Of a stretch of DNA of 64,000 nt, positions 60,044 to 64,000 are shown in pieces. The notes below the pieces were generated by a model that saw nothing but the letters and a program-made list of their open reading frames with translations, had not been told where the DNA came from and searched no databases. The stretch is from Eledone cirrhosa (lineage: Eukaryota). The position numbers were made by a program, and so were the translations under genes. How positions within the stretch are numbered: position 1 is the first letter of the stretch; each line of letters starts with the position of its first letter. The stretch is from positions 3,534,001-3,598,000 of the forward strand of contig OZ024749.1 in assembly GCA_964016885.1 (NCBI GenBank), written 5' to 3'.

Positions 60044-60598
60044 ATGGTCGGGTCGTTGGCGACTAAACTGCCAACCCCACCAATGTTTCTTGGTGAGGAG
60101 TGTGACTTTGGACATCCTGCAGGACTAAAAACAAAACCTGTCAAAGGGCAAAGGAGCTCTTAAGACTCAATGGCCATCCAAAATCACCGGGAGAGATGAA
60201 CCCTTAATCTTTGTCAAGGCAGAATACTAGGAGAAGGAAATTCTGATATAACACCTGAAACCCTGATGGTATCCAATGAGGTTGACTTGTTCTTCTATTT
60301 GGTAAATAGCATCTTGGTCAAGAGAGTGGGACTGGCTTTGTGCAGTGCCTTTTCTCACTATAAAAGCTTCACGGCACAGGCATTGCTTTATATCTGGAGA
60401 TCTCTCTACACTTTTCATCACATGGTACCATGGGTCCAGCACTATGTGTCAATAACTGTCACAAGTGTAGTGTTTGTACCAGAGTGTTCAAGTCGCTGGC
60501 TGGACTAAAAAAGTCACACTCGTTCAGCGCATCTGTAGGGGTTCTCCTACATGGATATAAAGTAGTGGCCGTACTCGAAAACGAGTTGGAAGCCACCA
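60041..60598 (+). mobile_element. Family X bipartite RTE-like element in (TA)n
   Basis: 5' RTE-UTR-like ctaggagaaggaaattctgat; 3' [24 protein letters not shown]; terminal hairpin ctcgaaaacgag. Confidence 0.88.
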
Positions 60599-60629
60599 TA
60601 TTTGTATATATGTATACATATATATATGT

Positions 60630-60749
<120 letters not shown>

Positions 60750-61213
60750 TGACAATAATAAATATACCCATACATATTTATCTGTCATCTTGAAAACACT
60801 ACTTTCGGCTTGTTGACAAACATCTTCATATGGTGAGAATATTGTATGTCACTCATTATACATTTTCAATATATATCGAACACGAGGAATTATTTACTGT
60901 ACGTAATAGTATCGATTTAGAAGATCAGCTGCGATAGGGCAAATAGCAAACTCTACGAAATGGCAGTATCAAACGATCGATATATTAGCACTTCACATAT
61001 ACGAAGTATCTCATGATTATTTTAAAGGTTGTCAATCATGTGACATTTGAAAGCAGTTCTAAATTGTAAGATTCAAATAAATTATATATATATGTATATA
61101 TATATAAATATATATATATATGTTTGTGTGTGTGTGTGTGAATATATACACATGTGTATGTGTCTATATATATATATATATATAAACATATATATATATA
61201 TGTATATATATAT

Positions 61214-61308
<95 letters not shown>

Positions 61309-61489
61309 TATGTGTACATACATATATATGTCTGTGTGTGTGTGTGTGTGTATGTTCCAAAGAGAATGTTTTCGTAAAAAAAGGAGCAAACAGGAGATAG
61401 CTCTCAACATTCGTAGTTTTAGTTACGATGAAGTATTTATAAAAATAACAAAATAATAATGCTGATGTTACTTAAATCGTTTAATCCTT

Positions 61490-61645
61490 AGGTCTTTGCC
61501 ATTCTGAGTTCATATCCCGCAGAAGATAACTTTGCCTTTCATTCTTGCCTGGTCGATAAAATAAAGTACCAGTAATACATAAAGTACCAGTGATGCACTG
61601 GGTAGTTGTTGGCCTTGTACCAAATGTAGAAAAAACCATTATAAT
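61490..61645 (+). mobile_element. S1 SINE (partial, with small internal duplication)
   Basis: ctgagttcatatcccgc...actttgcctttcatt...gataaaataaagtaccag (taaagtaccagt twice). Confidence 0.8.
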
Positions 61646-62644
61646 TATTTCCTCTGTTCTCCATGCATTCGAGAATTAGTACGCAGTCAATGGCAGCGAG
61701 TACCAATTTCCCGTGAGCCAGACAGTTGTAACACACAGAACTATAACAACATCAGGTACTGGCTACTAATATCACTGATACCACCACTACTGCGACGACC
61801 GGTATATGGTGATGGGCGGCGTTAATATTGTTGCAGTTAACTTTCTTGTTTTTCCTTTGGAAACAGCCCATCGAGTGTATGTATCGACCTAACTGTGAGT
61901 TCCGTTTATTGTTGTGGATGTAGTTACCTTTGTTGGTGTCGGCGGAGTGGTACCGTCACTACGACTGCACCGGCCAATGTAAACGACGTTGGTCGGTGTT
62001 TGTTCTTGTTGTTGTCATTGTTGCTGTTCTTGTAGCTGTTTAGTGTAGCTATTGTTATCGTTATTGCCAGCGGGATAGTAATAGTACTACAACTGCTGTG
62101 GCCAAGGTAGGTGACTTTGGTGGGTATGCTGTTGTTGTTGTCGTTGTTGTTGTTGCTGTTGCTGTAGTAGCTATTGTCTTGAATGTGGCTGTGAACAGAT
62201 ATATACCGCACCCTCCCTCAGAGTTCCATTTGATACTTCTACTAGCTAATGGGCTATGGCTACGCATCGTTTTTTTCCTTTGATACAGATCAACACAGAA
62301 TTAAGTCTCTATAGATTTACGACCTCAACTCCATGGGGTATGCGTAAATCCTGTTTTCAGAAATTGACACGTTGATAACATCTTACTCCAGCAAACACAA
62401 TGGCTGGGAGACCCCTTCAGGAACTCATATGTCTGTTGCGCACACAATAAATAGGACGTGTGTTTTTTCCTGTCGGCAGCATATCAATAAATCGTTTTGT
62501 TTTTTTTCATCTGAGGATAACTTTCTCATAACAACAAATGCATGTAGCACTTGTCGATTGCATGGAGAACAGTGGAAATAATTATAAGGATTAAACGATT
62601 CATGTAACATCAGCATTATTATTTTGTATATATATATATATATA

Positions 62645-62840
62645 TAACGAAGGAGTTGTGGTAAGGAAACAGTTGGACCAAAACGCACCAGTACTCAACA
62701 CTTAGGGTAGTAGTAGAGTGGGTAATAGGAAAAGTTATGGCCCCGACGGCAGAGCTCAAGCCGTTTCGGCGGCTATTTCTGGTGTCCAGAAATAGCAGTA
62801 GAAACGACTTGAGCTCTGTCGTCGGGGTCATACATTTTCT
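62645..62840 (-). mobile_element. Fold-back family P copy 6
   Basis: aacgaaggagttgtggtaagg...ccccgacggcagagctcaagccgtttc...gaaacgacttgagctctgtcgtcgggg. Confidence 0.82.
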
Positions 62841-63364
62841 TATATATATATACAAACAAGGATATGCCAGGTTAAAATTGGTTTGTGTGAATCAATTTGC
62901 ATACAAATGTAGGTAATGGAATATTCCTTACCAAAGTGTTTTTCTCGGTGTGGTCATTGCAGGACATACGGTAACCAAACATTGGATCATTAGTTTTTTT
63001 TTTATTTAACTTTGTCAGCAGTACATAATGCCTATTGCGGAAATGCGGTAGTCACAACTATATCTCTAACCAATTTTACTTCACCATTCTTAAATTTAGT
63101 TTCTCTTACAAAAATAAACAAGATATGTTTTATGTGAGTTACCAAGATTTGAGAAAGCAATAATATAGCAATCACAACTAGCATATACAGTCATTCATGC
63201 GTATATACATATATGTATACAGACATATATGAACAAAAGGGCAACGATGGTTGCTAAACTCTGTACGGCTTAGTTCGGGCCTGTTTGTTAACAAATAACC
63301 AAACATTATAATAAATGTTCGGTAAACCGATACATATATATATGTATGTACGTATGCATACATA

Positions 63365-63431
<67 letters not shown>

Positions 63432-64000
63432 TATATACATATATGTAAGTTTATATATATAATATGTAGTAACTTCAATATATGTAAAAACTATAATTTA
63501 AAATAACAGAATCATACCGAAACAAACCAATCTAATTCCAAGTTACTAGTATCCACTTTTGACGACTCGAAATTCTTACTATAGTTTGGAATATGTGAGC
63601 ACAAATTGATATATATCTAAACTAGCTCGGCAGTTCTACAGGAAATTGGCAATACAGTGTGAGTTTCTAGCAGTATTATTGTAATTTAGAGAATACAACA
63701 AAATACAACAGGAACATACTTACACACATCCAATAACAATATGCAAAGTGACAGAAATTCAAAAAACAAAATGGAAGCAAAATTTGAATTATAGCTAAAA
63801 CGGAAATCAAGTTTTCCAAGTGTCTTAATAAATCTAGAAGTACAGTTAGATTTTAGAGAAAACACCTTAATCTTTAGCTTCAATTTACGTTGAATTCTTC
63901 TACAACCCTTCAATTGGCATGAAAAGCATATATAAGTTGGTAAAATAAGGAAGATATGCATTTTGATTGGTTTAAATTTAATACTGCTCCCTAAGGGTCA

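Overview
AT-rich, microsatellite-saturated eukaryotic non-coding DNA. The repeat content resembles a coleoid cephalopod (Octopus-like); the taxon is an inference. No host protein-coding gene could be supported, and almost all listed ORFs are (TA)n/(CA)n/(TG)n translation artefacts. The window is a nested transposon landscape. It holds at least six Penelope-like element (PLE) remnants with RT and/or GIY-YIG endonuclease, Tx1/L1 and RTE LINE 3' ends, four copies of a bipartite non-autonomous RTE element, many tRNA-derived SINEs, one V-SINE-like element, a TIR/8-bp-TSD hAT-like element and a Helitron-like element. The most interesting layer is absent from the ORF track: about 15 type I (mostly minimal) hammerhead ribozyme (HHR) motifs at PLE/non-autonomous 3' ends. 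Two families carry the compensatory U3:A8 core. There is also a two-HHR retrozyme-like unit, an ~800-bp palindrome with an HHR on each strand, and a six-copy family that is a fold-back palindrome of the 3' half of a hammerhead. All coordinates and pairings were read by eye.
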